From Candidatus Poseidoniaceae archaeon (lineage in GTDB: Archaea; Thermoplasmatota; Poseidoniia; Poseidoniales; Poseidoniaceae): a stretch of 64,000 bases of DNA. The notes beneath the pieces are model-generated. The model did not search any database and was not told the origin of the DNA. It saw nothing but the letters and a program-made list of their open reading frames with translations. This document shows positions 25,612-35,761 of the stretch, piece by piece (positions within the stretch are counted from its first letter, which is position 1; each line of letters starts with the position of its first letter). The stretch is taken from the NCBI GenBank assembly GCA_045568435.1, contig JBJLBB010000001.1:492413-556412 (forward strand), given 5' to 3'. The position numbers and the translations under genes are program-made.

Positions 25612-26913
25612 TCAAGCGGAATCATACATGTTAATAGCAGTTTCCAGACGTCTTGCTTCTTCTTCAAGTTCAGCCCTTTTCTTCTTATCCATGTTGACAT
25701 CTTTGAGTTGCTCTTGAATAGCATCAAGTTGCTTCTTCGCTTCTTCACGTTCTTCAAGGTGCTTTTGTTCTTCCTTCTCCATCTTCTTAGATGCTGCAGC
25801 CTGCTTTCTAGTTGATGCTTGAGTGTAAACACTTTCTGTTAACTCAACAGATGTTGGATATGGAATATTGATTCCTTCATCGCTAAACGTACTGTCGATC
25901 GTTCTTAAGAGCCAATCTCTTGCTAGCCACTCATCTGAGTAGTCATTGACCCAACCAAATAGGCGGAACACTTTAGCAAAGTCACCAAGTTCAGTCAACA
26001 AAACCTGCGGTTTTGGCTCATCAATAACGTATTCACAATCCCTGGCAATCTTGACCATCGTTAGCTTAACGTGTTCGGTGCTCTCACGGTAATCAACACC
26101 CACATCGATAACAATAGAGATACGTCGAGCCATTCCATCACCGCCACCACGAGCATGGTTAACTATCGTGGAGGAAACTAATGTGTTGTTTGGAATGACC
26201 ACCAGGCGCTCATCTCGGTCAAGAACCTTGGTTGAAAGAATACCTGTTCCGACAACTGAACCCCAAGTGCCATCAACTTCAATTCGATCACCGATTTCAA
26301 ACGGACGGTCAATTGCAAGTAAGAAAGAGTTGATGATGTTACCAAGAGTTTGTTGTACTGCAAGTCCGATAATTAAGGAGAATACCGCTAATGAAGCAAG
26401 TACTCCAAATAATTCAACTCCAATTTCCGTAAGGGCAAGGTAAAGACCTCCAAACCATACTGTGAATCTTAATGTAAAGGTAATCAGAGGATTACTACCA
26501 GATACTGTAACGCTTGACTTCTCTGTGAACCGGTCCATTATCATAGGAATAATATGTTTAATCGAAACACTGGCAATTGAAGTAGCCAGCAATATGTAAA
26601 TGGCTGAAAAAATAGGATCTAATGTGTCATTGAATGAATATCCTTCAAATACCCATAATAGAGTTAGTTGAGCAGCACCAACATAGAGGAAAAAGTATGC
26701 CCTTGTCGCTACTGGACGGTGTAATTTGTCATCCCACGCGGTGTCAGTAGACATCACAATACGGCCCCAAGGCCTTACAATACCAAACTTTACGACTTGA
26801 AAAGCAATGAAAGTAAGAATAATACTAATTCCGAATTTAAAGAATGAATTTAATTCATCTACCGCATCTAATTGTTCGTTGACCGTATTCATGAAATCAT
26901 CAATAGCACTCAT
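25612..26913 (-). CDS. mscS: Small-conductance mechanosensitive channel with C-terminal coiled-coil extension
   Basis: TM helices followed by IGLAVQQTLGNIINSFLLAIDRPFEIGDRIEV...IPNNTLVSSTIVN...GINIPYP. Confidence 0.92.
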   Translation of the reverse strand: MSAIDDFMNTVNEQLDAVDELNSFFKFGISIILTFIAFQVVKFGIVRPWGRIVMSTDTAWDDKLHRPVATRAYFFLYVGAAQLTLLWVFEGYSFNDTLDPIFSAIYILLATSIASVSIKHIIPMIMDRFTEKSSVTVSGSNPLITFTLRFTVWFGGLYLALTEIGVELFGVLASLAVFSLIIGLAVQQTLGNIINSFLLAIDRPFEIGDRIEVDGTWGSVVGTGILSTKVLDRDERLVVIPNNTLVSSTIVNHARGGGDGMARRISIVIDVGVDYRESTEHVKLTMVKIARDCEYVIDEPKPQVLLTELGDFAKVFRLFGWVNDYSDEWLARDWLLRTIDSTFSDEGINIPYPTSVELTESVYTQASTRKQAAASKKMEKEEQKHLEEREEAKKQLDAIQEQLKDVNMDKKKRAELEEEARRLETAINMYDSA

Positions 26914-27061
26914 AAGAAACCCTACTCAGTAATTGCGCCACTTGTGATTGTCTTTTGACCTTTACTCCGATATCAATTATACAAAAAATATTTTTTACGT
27001 AAGAAATTTTGATACATTACATTGATATGTATGAGTTGAGACCCGTTCATGAGAGGTTATC

Positions 27062-27724
27062 ATGTCGCAGCAAGTTCTCCGCTTTTTACAGATGAAGGTG
27101 ACGATGGAACAAGCCAAAGACTCACCTGGTAGTATCTTAACCAAATACTTTCAAAAAGTAGAATTGGTTTCTGCCGTATCATGGTTTGGAAATTATCCTG
27201 AATATCTGTTGAGATTGGAATTGTATAATGAAATGGATTTAGAGAATTTTTCGATAGATGGTATATTTGAGATTGTCAAGGTCATTTCAAACGGAAGTGA
27301 CTCTGCAATTGTAATCGGTAGACTTCTTGGACCAATACTTCTCTTGATTCACCAAATAGAGGAATGTTGGATTCAAACTCCTTCCACTCTAAGTAATATT
27401 AATGGTTTATTCATCACAGTTCATGGAACAACTGAAGGCCTCAAGAAATTTAGAGATGGTGTGAAAAGACTATTGCCAGATTCAGTAAAAATGAGAATTA
27501 CAAAGAATCTGAAAGCCGACTGGATAGCAGCTCCTCAACTACCAGAAAGACGTCGAGAAGTGATCGACCTTGCAGTTAGAAGAGGATACTACAAGACCCC
27601 TCGTAAGTGTACACAAAGAGAACTAGCCGATGAATTGGGAGTTAGACAAGGGACTGTAGCAGAGCACTTACAATCAGCAGAAGGAATGATCATAGAATCA
27701 TGGTCTGAGCAATCCAGAGCTTAA
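27062..27724 (+). CDS. HTH-10 transcriptional regulator, paralog of 12070..12750
   Basis: AVRRGYYKTPRKCTQRELADELGVRQGTVAEHLQSAE; GAGG RBS upstream. Confidence 0.9.
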   Translation: MSQQVLRFLQMKVTMEQAKDSPGSILTKYFQKVELVSAVSWFGNYPEYLLRLELYNEMDLENFSIDGIFEIVKVISNGSDSAIVIGRLLGPILLLIHQIEECWIQTPSTLSNINGLFITVHGTTEGLKKFRDGVKRLLPDSVKMRITKNLKADWIAAPQLPERRREVIDLAVRRGYYKTPRKCTQRELADELGVRQGTVAEHLQSAEGMIIESWSEQSRA

Positions 27725-28561
27725 TCAAGCCAGATTACCTGACTGGAAATCCATTACGGCTTGATGAATCTCTTGGCGTGTATTCATCACAAAAGGCCCA
27801 TACCTAGCGATTGGTTCATTTATTTCAGGACCTGCAAGAATCAAAAACTCCGCTCCATCTTTTGAAGAAATCTCAAGTTCATCTCCTTCATCGAGAATAA
27901 TCAGTTGTCCATCCTCAATTACTTTACCAGATACTTCGCCTTGACCTCCAAACATGTATATCATCCCGTTGAGGTCCGATGAAATCTTATGTGTTAAATT
28001 TGAATCTTCTTTCATGCGATAATGAATGAACTGAATAGGGATTACTGTGTCGATTACAGCCTTAGCGCCCATCGCCTCACCTGCAACCACTTTCGCCCAA
28101 ACTTTACCATCAACCGATTCAACAACAGGCAATTCATCTGAAGGAATGTCTTGATATCGAGGTTGCATCATCTTATCTTTCGCAGGCAAGTTCACCCATA
28201 TTTGGAAACCATGCATAACTCCGCCTGAATCATAAAAATCTGGATGAGGCAATTCAGAATGAATAATACCTCGACCCGCAGTCATCCATTGTACATCACC
28301 AGGATTCAAGTCACCAGAATTACCTGCAGAATCAGCATGTTGCATCGAACCTTCAAGCATGTAAGTCACAGTTTCAAAGCCTCTATGTGGGTGAGATGGT
28401 GCACCAATTGCTTGTTTGGGCCCATAATTTACTGGACCCATCTCATCAAGAAGTAAAAATGGACTCATCAAAGAACCCATGGCAACAGGCCTCCTTACTT
28501 TGAAGCCACCACCTTCGAGTACTGTATGAGTTGGAATCACTGATTTTACCGAACGCTGCAA
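27725..28561 (-). CDS. Pirin family protein (bicupin)
   Basis: PFLLLDEMGP, HPHRGFETVTY, GDVQWMTAGRGIIHSE, GPFVMNT; TTG start with GGTGA RBS. Confidence 0.95.
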   Translation of the reverse strand: MQRSVKSVIPTHTVLEGGGFKVRRPVAMGSLMSPFLLLDEMGPVNYGPKQAIGAPSHPHRGFETVTYMLEGSMQHADSAGNSGDLNPGDVQWMTAGRGIIHSELPHPDFYDSGGVMHGFQIWVNLPAKDKMMQPRYQDIPSDELPVVESVDGKVWAKVVAGEAMGAKAVIDTVIPIQFIHYRMKEDSNLTHKISSDLNGMIYMFGGQGEVSGKVIEDGQLIILDEGDELEISSKDGAEFLILAGPEINEPIARYGPFVMNTRQEIHQAVMDFQSGNLA

Positions 28562-28668
28562 ACTCTCACCAATACAATTGGAGGGTTGAATGTATTCAAA
28601 GTCTTGCTACCGTCCACGATACTATCGCATTACCAAATCTTAACAAGGATGGCACTAGAGTCAGTATC

Positions 28669-28944
28669 ATGTCTGAAGAAGTCATACTACAACATGCTAA
28701 AGATGCTGGAACTGATTTTTTAATGTATACAGGGAATTTCTGTGGTTATTGTGAAGCAGCAAAACGATTATTCAAAAATAAAAATTTATCATACGTCGAA
28801 TATAATTTTGAACATCATTCTGGTTTGCGTCAAGAAGTAGTAGCAGCAACAGGTCACCGAACCGTACCAGTAATCTTCGATTTGAGGGACGGCAATGTGA
28901 TGTATATTGGCGGATTTGATGAAACCAATAAATATCTAAATTAA
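28669..28944 (+). CDS. Glutaredoxin
   Basis: CGYC active site, TVPVIF, YIGGFD; start moved to ATG 28669 (MSEEV). Confidence 0.9.
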   Translation: MSEEVILQHAKDAGTDFLMYTGNFCGYCEAAKRLFKNKNLSYVEYNFEHHSGLRQEVVAATGHRTVPVIFDLRDGNVMYIGGFDETNKYLN

Positions 28945-29543
28945 TCGAAAGTTTCCAACCATTCTTTGATTGAATCATGATGCTCAAGAGGTATCATGTG
29001 ACCTTTTTTATGCTCTATTAATTCTACTGACCAGCCACCCGCTTCAAATAAATGAGCAACAGACCAACCATCTTCAATTGGAACTCTGACATCTTTTTCA
29101 CCATGCATCCAAAACATTCTCTTTGGGTCTAATTCTTCTAGTCTCATACGAAGTTCCATCGGACGAACCAGTCTAGTTCCAATGCATATGATTCCAACTA
29201 TCCTATCTGCAATGGGTAAGTGCATCAATTCTTGAGCCATAGCTCCTCCTTGAGAAAAGCCACCGACAACCAATGGGCCCATAGGTGCTTGTTCAGAAAT
29301 TATCTTTTCAAGTTGTGAAAGACTTGAATCAACATCAATCAATTCTCTTCTTGACAAATTTAATCTGCGTGTGGAATCGATATCATAGTCTTCATATCGC
29401 CACCAAGTCAAACCTCTCATCGGATGATTATACCTTGCTTCAGGTACGATTAAAGTCCAACCATCTGGAAGAATCTTTTCAGCAAAAGGACGCATCATAC
29501 TTGCATCGCCAGTCATGCCATGCATCATGATCAGAGTTGGCAA
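28941..29543 (-). CDS. Phospholipase/carboxylesterase (alpha/beta hydrolase)
   Basis: GFSQGG nucleophile elbow, HGEKDVRVP, GH catalytic His. Confidence 0.88.
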   Translation of the reverse strand: MPTLIMMHGMTGDASMMRPFAEKILPDGWTLIVPEARYNHPMRGLTWWRYEDYDIDSTRRLNLSRRELIDVDSSLSQLEKIISEQAPMGPLVVGGFSQGGAMAQELMHLPIADRIVGIICIGTRLVRPMELRMRLEELDPKRMFWMHGEKDVRVPIEDGWSVAHLFEAGGWSVELIEHKKGHMIPLEHHDSIKEWLETFD

Positions 29544-29552
29544 GAAAACACC

Positions 29553-30512
29553 TCACAGTGTCCAAGAACGTACTAGAGCCCCAGCAACTTTGAGGTGAAC
29601 AAATGAAGTTTCACCTTGTAATGTTAGAGTTATTCTGTGCTCGCCTGTCTTTGAAGGGATGGTACCAAATGAGCCTTTTTCAGTTGCTCCATTACCCCAT
29701 GCTCTAGATAACGGCGATGTGCCATCTTGCTGGTCGCTTATTGTCAAAGTTCCAGATCCTCCTTTATCGTCGATTTCTACATCCAAATACCAGACTAATG
29801 TATCCCATGCCTCGTTAGATGAGTATCCTTCATCAAAGAATGTGTCATATATTTCTTGGTCATTTTCTTCATACATGTTATCATGTAAATCTCCAGCACG
29901 ATAGAAGAAAACATCGCCAGAGTATCCAGTATCTTTCAAATTAAGTGACATGCGAAGATTATCAACTCCTTCATCAGTTGTCCAAGTTAGAGTTTTGACA
30001 AATCCTTGTCTACCACTAAAGACATAATCAAGCATATGTCCTTCACTGGAGGTTGCAGAAACTGTTACTTCTCCATTGTAGACGTTATCGGTTTGTGCGC
30101 TCCAATCTTGTCCAAGTAATCTGAAATTCCAAGTTGAGCCAACCTCCCAAGGGAAATTGAAAACTGGTTGTGGCTCACCATTCTCATAAACTGAAAGACC
30201 ATCCATAGTGACTCTACCAAGGAATGGATTGTGATTGATAACGGCGTGACGCTGAGCTTCACCTTCTGATGAGATACCAAGCATGAATAGTCCGTCGTCT
30301 TCACGGATATCTGCTACGACTAATCTTGCACTATCTTCTCCGAACTCAGGAGTGATAAATGTATAGAGCCATTGGTCGCCAATTTGCCAATCTGGCAAGG
30401 CTAATTCATCCTCAGTAGTATCGCCGATACCAGATGAAGAATTACCTTCATCTGTGACACATCCAGCAAGGCTGACTGTCAACATCAATAGCGACAGCAA
30501 GTAGGCACGCAT
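29553..30512 (-). CDS. Hypothetical lipoprotein
   Basis: Signal peptide ending in the lipobox SLAGC; 319-aa ORF. Confidence 0.75.
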   Translation of the reverse strand: MRAYLLSLLMLTVSLAGCVTDEGNSSSGIGDTTEDELALPDWQIGDQWLYTFITPEFGEDSARLVVADIREDDGLFMLGISSEGEAQRHAVINHNPFLGRVTMDGLSVYENGEPQPVFNFPWEVGSTWNFRLLGQDWSAQTDNVYNGEVTVSATSSEGHMLDYVFSGRQGFVKTLTWTTDEGVDNLRMSLNLKDTGYSGDVFFYRAGDLHDNMYEENDQEIYDTFFDEGYSSNEAWDTLVWYLDVEIDDKGGSGTLTISDQQDGTSPLSRAWGNGATEKGSFGTIPSKTGEHRITLTLQGETSFVHLKVAGALVRSWTL

Positions 30513-30572
30513 GGTAGAGCGTGTATGACTTCTTTTGAAAGCCTAACGCTTCCAAGACCGTCTTGAATCTAT

Positions 30573-32675
30573 TCAAAGCAATCCATTTTCGCTCATCTTA
30601 CCTGTACCGGCAAGAACTACTGCGACGATGGACATCAACTTGATTAGAATGTTTAGAGAAGGACCGGAGGTATCCTTGAATGGGTCTCCGATAGTATCTC
30701 CAATAACGGCTGCATTGTGAGCCTCATCGCCCTTCTTTGCACCATCGATGTGACCTTGTTCGATCGCTTTCTTGGCATTGTCCCAAGCACCACCAGCATT
30801 AGCCATGAATAGTGCCATTAGAACACCTGTGACTAAAGATCCTGCTAGCATTCCACCAAGAGCGACTTCTCCCAAAATAAAGCCGACTACAACAGGAGCA
30901 GCTATTGCAACTACACCTGGGCCAACCATTTCACGAAGAGCGGCTTGAGTTGAAATATCTACACACTTCTTAGAGTCTGGCTTGACTCCTTCCTTGCCTT
31001 CTAGAAGGCCAGGGATTTCCTTGAATTGTCTACGGATTTCTACTACCATTTCTCCAGCAGCCTTACCAACTGAAGTCATTGTCATAGCAGCGACAACAAA
31101 CGGTAGTCCACCGCCGATAAGTAATCCGACTACAACCATTGGATTGGTCAATTCAAGTTCAAGGCCAGTACCAACAGCGGTTGTATATGCTGCAAATAGA
31201 GCGAGTGAAGTTAGAGCAGCAGAACCTATTGCGAATCCTTTTCCAACCGCAGCAGTTGTGTTACCGATTGAATCGAGTTCATCGGTGATTGCACGTACTT
31301 CATCACCAAGACTACACATCTCAGCAATTCCACCAGCGTTGTCTGCAACTGGTCCGTAAGCATCAACAGTCATTGTGACACCAACAGTTGCTAGCATACC
31401 CATAGCAGCCATAGCAATACAATATAGTCCAAGACCTGCAATATCAGTTTGTCCACCAAATTCATTAGCACCTAGAATACCAAGTGCAATCAAAAGGATA
31501 GGAATGAATGTTGACATCATACCAACAGACAATCCTGCGATAGCATTGGTTGCTGGTCCTGTCTTAGACATTTCTCCAATGTGAGGAATTGCCTTTGTCT
31601 TGATTCCAAATACCGGTTCAATACCAGTATAGTATTCTGTTACCAGACCAATTAGAATTCCAACAACGCTTCCAAGTACTACAGAGTGCATTACCCAATA
31701 CTCGACATCGATTATGTTTTGTTGGATTGCAGCATAACCGCCAATAGCGAATAGTATTGCGCCAATGAAAGTAGTATTTCTTAGAGCAGCCGCTGGGTCT
31801 TTGCCATTCTTCAGGAAAGCCATTGAAAATACACCGATAATAGAAGCAGTGTATCCAATGAATCCAAGAAGGATTGGTAGAAGAACATAATCTGCAGCGT
31901 TAGGAATATCAAATTCGTTAGCAATTATCATTGCAGCAATTATTGAACCGACAAAGGATTCGAAGATATCTGCGCCCATTCCAGCAACGTCACCGACGTT
32001 GTCACCTACGTTATCAGCGATAACACCAGGGTTTCTTGGGTCATCTTCAGGAATACCTGCTTCGACCTTACCGACTAAGTCAGCACCTACATCAGCAGCC
32101 TTGGTGTAAATACCGCCACCAACACGAGCGAAAAGGGCGATTGAAGATGCACCCATTCCAAACCCTGCTGCTGCTTGAATATCAACAAGTCCAGTTCCAG
32201 AGGATGCTGCATCACCTGCACCAAGCCACCAAGCGATAAGTGAGATACCAAGAAGACCAAGTCCTCCTACTGAAAGACCCATAACTGCACCACCATTGTA
32301 AGAAACCGCTAAAGCAGCAGGTTGTCCACCTTCCTTAGCAGCCATTGCTGTTCTTCCGTTAGCAGAAGTTGCAGCACGCATACCAGAGAATCCAGCAATA
32401 ACTGATGCGAGAGCACCAGCAAAGAATGCAATTGTGGTGTCAGCCTCTCCACCGTTGAGGAACCACAGAAGGAGTCCGACAACTACTACGAAGATACCAA
32501 GTACACGGTACTCAGCCTTAAGGAAGGCCATTGCACCATCTTGTATTTCGGTTGTAATCTCGGCAACTTTTTCGTTGTCTATTTCTACTTTGTTTACGCG
32601 CATGTACAACATAAAAGCGATCAAAAGTCCTACAAGACCGGCTCCAGCTGCGATTAAGGGTATATTTTCCATCAT
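30573..32675 (-). CDS. hppA: K+-dependent membrane-bound pyrophosphatase, probably Na+-translocating
   Basis: [11 protein letters not shown] and DNVGDNVGD motifs. GNTTAA (Ala) indicates K+-dependence. [10 protein letters not shown] places the Glu as in Na+-PPases. Confidence 0.93.
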   Translation of the reverse strand: MMENIPLIAAGAGLVGLLIAFMLYMRVNKVEIDNEKVAEITTEIQDGAMAFLKAEYRVLGIFVVVVGLLLWFLNGGEADTTIAFFAGALASVIAGFSGMRAATSANGRTAMAAKEGGQPAALAVSYNGGAVMGLSVGGLGLLGISLIAWWLGAGDAASSGTGLVDIQAAAGFGMGASSIALFARVGGGIYTKAADVGADLVGKVEAGIPEDDPRNPGVIADNVGDNVGDVAGMGADIFESFVGSIIAAMIIANEFDIPNAADYVLLPILLGFIGYTASIIGVFSMAFLKNGKDPAAALRNTTFIGAILFAIGGYAAIQQNIIDVEYWVMHSVVLGSVVGILIGLVTEYYTGIEPVFGIKTKAIPHIGEMSKTGPATNAIAGLSVGMMSTFIPILLIALGILGANEFGGQTDIAGLGLYCIAMAAMGMLATVGVTMTVDAYGPVADNAGGIAEMCSLGDEVRAITDELDSIGNTTAAVGKGFAIGSAALTSLALFAAYTTAVGTGLELELTNPMVVVGLLIGGGLPFVVAAMTMTSVGKAAGEMVVEIRRQFKEIPGLLEGKEGVKPDSKKCVDISTQAALREMVGPGVVAIAAPVVVGFILGEVALGGMLAGSLVTGVLMALFMANAGGAWDNAKKAIEQGHIDGAKKGDEAHNAAVIGDTIGDPFKDTSGPSLNILIKLMSIVAVVLAGTGKMSENGLL

Positions 32676-32833
32676 AAAGAACACCTATTGAGTCGGCGAC
32701 CAAAGAACCCCTCATAAGTGGTTCGTAGGTTTTTATGACAAAACTGTTCATTGATATACCAACAGTTCCAAGCCGATATGTTTTTCATGGTTTTAATGAC
32801 ATTATTCAAGAATGATGGCTTCGAGGGTTAGCC

Positions 32834-33169
32834 ATGGCGATTAGTGCTGAACAGGTCTTGGCTGAGATCGGACCGGTTCAAGAAGTCCTTGATGCGCACG
32901 ATGGAGTCGTGACGGTCTTAGACACTTCAGACGGCAATATTATGCTCTCTTTAGACGGTGGATGTACAGGATGTTCATCCACTCCAATGACCGCTATGCA
33001 GATATTTTATGCATTGATGAAACTGGATAATGTTAACGATGTTATTTTTGTAAATGGCGAATTACCTGAGTATATGAGAGACTTCATCAATAAAAAAATG
33101 GCCAAAGAAGCCGCTTCAACTGAAAATTCATCATCTGATGAAGGCCAACCTCGTGGAGAAATCATCTGA
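32834..33169 (+). CDS. NifU/NfuA C-terminal-like Fe-S carrier protein
   Basis: LDAHDGVV...LDGGCTGCSSTPMT (CxxC). Confidence 0.8.
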   Translation: MAISAEQVLAEIGPVQEVLDAHDGVVTVLDTSDGNIMLSLDGGCTGCSSTPMTAMQIFYALMKLDNVNDVIFVNGELPEYMRDFINKKMAKEAASTENSSSDEGQPRGEII

Positions 33170-33505
33170 TTACTCTTCTTCGGATTTTTTCCCAATACTG
33201 TGAGGATTTGCTCCAAAGGAAACATTTGTTCCTCTAATGTTTAATCTAGCAGAAATTGCTAAGATGATACAAACTAATGAAAGCGGCTTAGGAAGATAGT
33301 TAGAGCCCCAAAGAGAACCACCTGAAAGCGATAACCACCAAAGTACACCTGCAGCGAGTACAAGTGTCAATGCAATGGTGTTTTGTGCCATTAATTCAGC
33401 TTTTTCCGAGCGTGAAAAGGTGGCGATGAAAGTAAAAAGAATGGCAGATATACCACATAATGCCTCTGCAAGGTGTTCTATGAAAACTGGGTCGACACCT
33501 GCCAT
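33170..33505 (-). CDS. Small hypothetical membrane protein
   Basis: Three hydrophobic segments; fills the gap between the nifU-like gene and polX. Confidence 0.65.
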   Translation of the reverse strand: MAGVDPVFIEHLAEALCGISAILFTFIATFSRSEKAELMAQNTIALTLVLAAGVLWWLSLSGGSLWGSNYLPKPLSLVCIILAISARLNIRGTNVSFGANPHSIGKKSEEE

Positions 33506-33579
33506 AGTATTGCCAGCAGGTCGTGGTTCTTAAGCAATCGAGGGGCAAGGTTTGAGAAGTACCAGTTCTCGTTTAGTTC

Positions 33580-35517
33580 ATGGCTGGTGGCGCGTTTGTA
33601 CTCCCTAAGCCGCGCCCAAGGGGGCCACCATATTTTTCTAGAAACCAAGTGGCCCAAGCACTACATCAAGTAGCAGTGCTTTTGGAGTTAAACGGGGCTA
33701 ATGTATTTCGAGTCCGTTCATATCAAAATGCAAGTAGAATGCTTGGTGGCCTAACCCAAGACCTTGGAGAGTTAGTTGCCAGTGGCGAATTATTCGAACT
33801 CAAAGGAATCGGCAAAGGACTCGGATCTGCTCTTTCACAAGCAATTGGCGAAGGTCGATGGCCCGATGATTGGATTGCATTACACCAAGATACACCTGAA
33901 GGAATGATCGAAATGTTGGGTATTCCTGGCCTTGGCCCAAAAAGAATCAAAATTATGAATCAAGAACTTGGTGTTGATTCAATAGCAACTCTAAGAGAAG
34001 CAGCAGAAGATGATTCTATCGCTGGACTGAAAGGTTTTGGTGCTAAATCACAACAGAGAATGTTGGATGGTATTGAATTATTGGCAAGGTTTAGGTCGAG
34101 AAGAAGATTGGATATCGGGCTGAAATATGGTGAGGCTTTTGAACAAAGAATTGCAAACATACCGGGTGTTCAAAAGGCTCAACTTGCAGGCAGTGCAAGA
34201 AGAAGAAAAGACACTATTGGAGACTTAGACCTTGTTGTGGGTGTTGAGGATAAAGACAAGGAAAGTGTATCCAATGCAATTTTACAGTTACCCGGAATTG
34301 CTGATATCAAAGGCGCAGGAGATTCTAAAATCAGTCTAATCTTAGACACGAGTATATTTGATGAAAACTTCTCTATTGGCCATATCGACACCAATGTACT
34401 GGACGCAATCGGTGGTGATGACTACGAGCAACTCGAGGCTGGTGGAACTATTGATGCTCAAGTTCGTTTGGTTAGTCTCGAGGTTTTCCCATTCACCTTA
34501 GCATACTTCACAGGCAGTAAAGAACACAACATAGCAATGCGACAAAGAGCAATCGACAGAGGCCTACGCCTTAGTGAATTTGGACTGATTCCTGAAAAGG
34601 ATGCAGGTGATTTGAAAGGTATGGCAGCAGCCGAATTTTCTCTTTCCGCAGTTGACGAAAATGAGATTTATCAACATCTCGAACTTGACTGGGTAACTCC
34701 AGAACTTCGTGAAGATACAGGAGAAATTCTTGCAGCTGAAAGTGCAAATCTACCACAACTAATCGTTCAGAGTGACATCAAAGGTTCCCTTCACAACCAC
34801 ACCACACTGTCTGATGGCGAAGCAAGTTTGGAGCAAATGGCTGATGCAGCGAGAAAGATTGGATGGAATTGGCTTGGTCTTGCTGACCACTCCCCGACAT
34901 TGAAAATTGCTAATGGTGCAAGTGCTGAAGACCTATTAGCACAAGGTCAATTAATCAAGAGATATAATTCTGAGTGGGCTGAACAAGGAGTAGATTTCAG
35001 ACTATTTCACGGAGTCGAATCCGATATACTTGAAGGTGGCAAGTTAGACCATCCAGACGATGTCTTAGCAGAGTTAGACTATACTGTTGCTTCTGTTCAT
35101 GCGATGAATAAATGGAAAGGTCGTGATGAGCAAACCAATACTGAAGAATTGATGAAATGTATTGACCATCCTTCAACCACAATTCTCGGCCATCCAACTG
35201 GACGCATCTTACAAGGTAGGGACGGTTATGAAGTAGATATGTTTGCAATAATTGAATACATGGCGGAATATAATAAAAATGGGGAAATGAAAGCCGTTGA
35301 ACTCAATGCGAGTCCTTACCGCCTTGACCTTGATTGGCGATTATGTAAATTCGCTAAGACAAATGAAGTTCCTGTAATCATTAATCCTGATGCCCACTCG
35401 ATTAGAGGACTTGGCGATATTGCTTATGGAGTAATGGCTGCAAGAAAAGGCTGGTTAGAATCAGGAGATGTACTAAATTCCCTTAGTGGAGAAGATTTAG
35501 CAAACCGTCTAAAATAG
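33580..35517 (+). CDS. polX: DNA polymerase X / PHP-domain 3'-5' exonuclease
   Basis: NVFRVRSYQNA, GIGKG and GLGPKR HhH motifs, AGSARRRKDTIGDLD, YFTGSKEHN; PHP motifs HNHT, DHS, HPTGR, DAH. Confidence 0.93.
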   Translation: MAGGAFVLPKPRPRGPPYFSRNQVAQALHQVAVLLELNGANVFRVRSYQNASRMLGGLTQDLGELVASGELFELKGIGKGLGSALSQAIGEGRWPDDWIALHQDTPEGMIEMLGIPGLGPKRIKIMNQELGVDSIATLREAAEDDSIAGLKGFGAKSQQRMLDGIELLARFRSRRRLDIGLKYGEAFEQRIANIPGVQKAQLAGSARRRKDTIGDLDLVVGVEDKDKESVSNAILQLPGIADIKGAGDSKISLILDTSIFDENFSIGHIDTNVLDAIGGDDYEQLEAGGTIDAQVRLVSLEVFPFTLAYFTGSKEHNIAMRQRAIDRGLRLSEFGLIPEKDAGDLKGMAAAEFSLSAVDENEIYQHLELDWVTPELREDTGEILAAESANLPQLIVQSDIKGSLHNHTTLSDGEASLEQMADAARKIGWNWLGLADHSPTLKIANGASAEDLLAQGQLIKRYNSEWAEQGVDFRLFHGVESDILEGGKLDHPDDVLAELDYTVASVHAMNKWKGRDEQTNTEELMKCIDHPSTTILGHPTGRILQGRDGYEVDMFAIIEYMAEYNKNGEMKAVELNASPYRLDLDWRLCKFAKTNEVPVIINPDAHSIRGLGDIAYGVMAARKGWLESGDVLNSLSGEDLANRLK

Positions 35518-35552
35518 AATACCTTCATCATGGTCGGCGATTTGCGTACATC

Positions 35553-35750
35553 ATGCGCCTTCTTAGGACCATGATTATGGGGAGTATGATGGTATTACCT
35601 GGCTTGTTCTTGGCACTTCTTATCTGGTACATTGCAGGGAAACCTGAAACAGAGCCTCTAGAATCTCTAATCTGTAATGTAATTCCTCTAACATCAATCG
35701 GCCTTGGTCTGTTTTTCGGTTGGAAAACTGGCGGAGAATATGCAAATTAG
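35553..35750 (+). CDS. Small two-TM hypothetical protein
   Basis: 65-aa ORF with two hydrophobic helices, codirectional with neighbours. Confidence 0.6.
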   Translation: MRLLRTMIMGSMMVLPGLFLALLIWYIAGKPETEPLESLICNVIPLTSIGLGLFFGWKTGGEYAN

Positions 35751-35761
35751 GCCTGATTATT

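Noticed and set aside
26970..27028. Imperfect dyad ATATCAAT...TTACGTAA...ATTGATAT between mscS and the regulator
   Set aside because: Very AT-rich DNA where such symmetry arises easily; inner arms match poorly.
30553..30565. Palindrome CAAGAC-C-GTCTTG between hppA and the lipoprotein gene
   Set aside because: Single instance, loop too short for a hairpin, and no second site noticed to support an operator.
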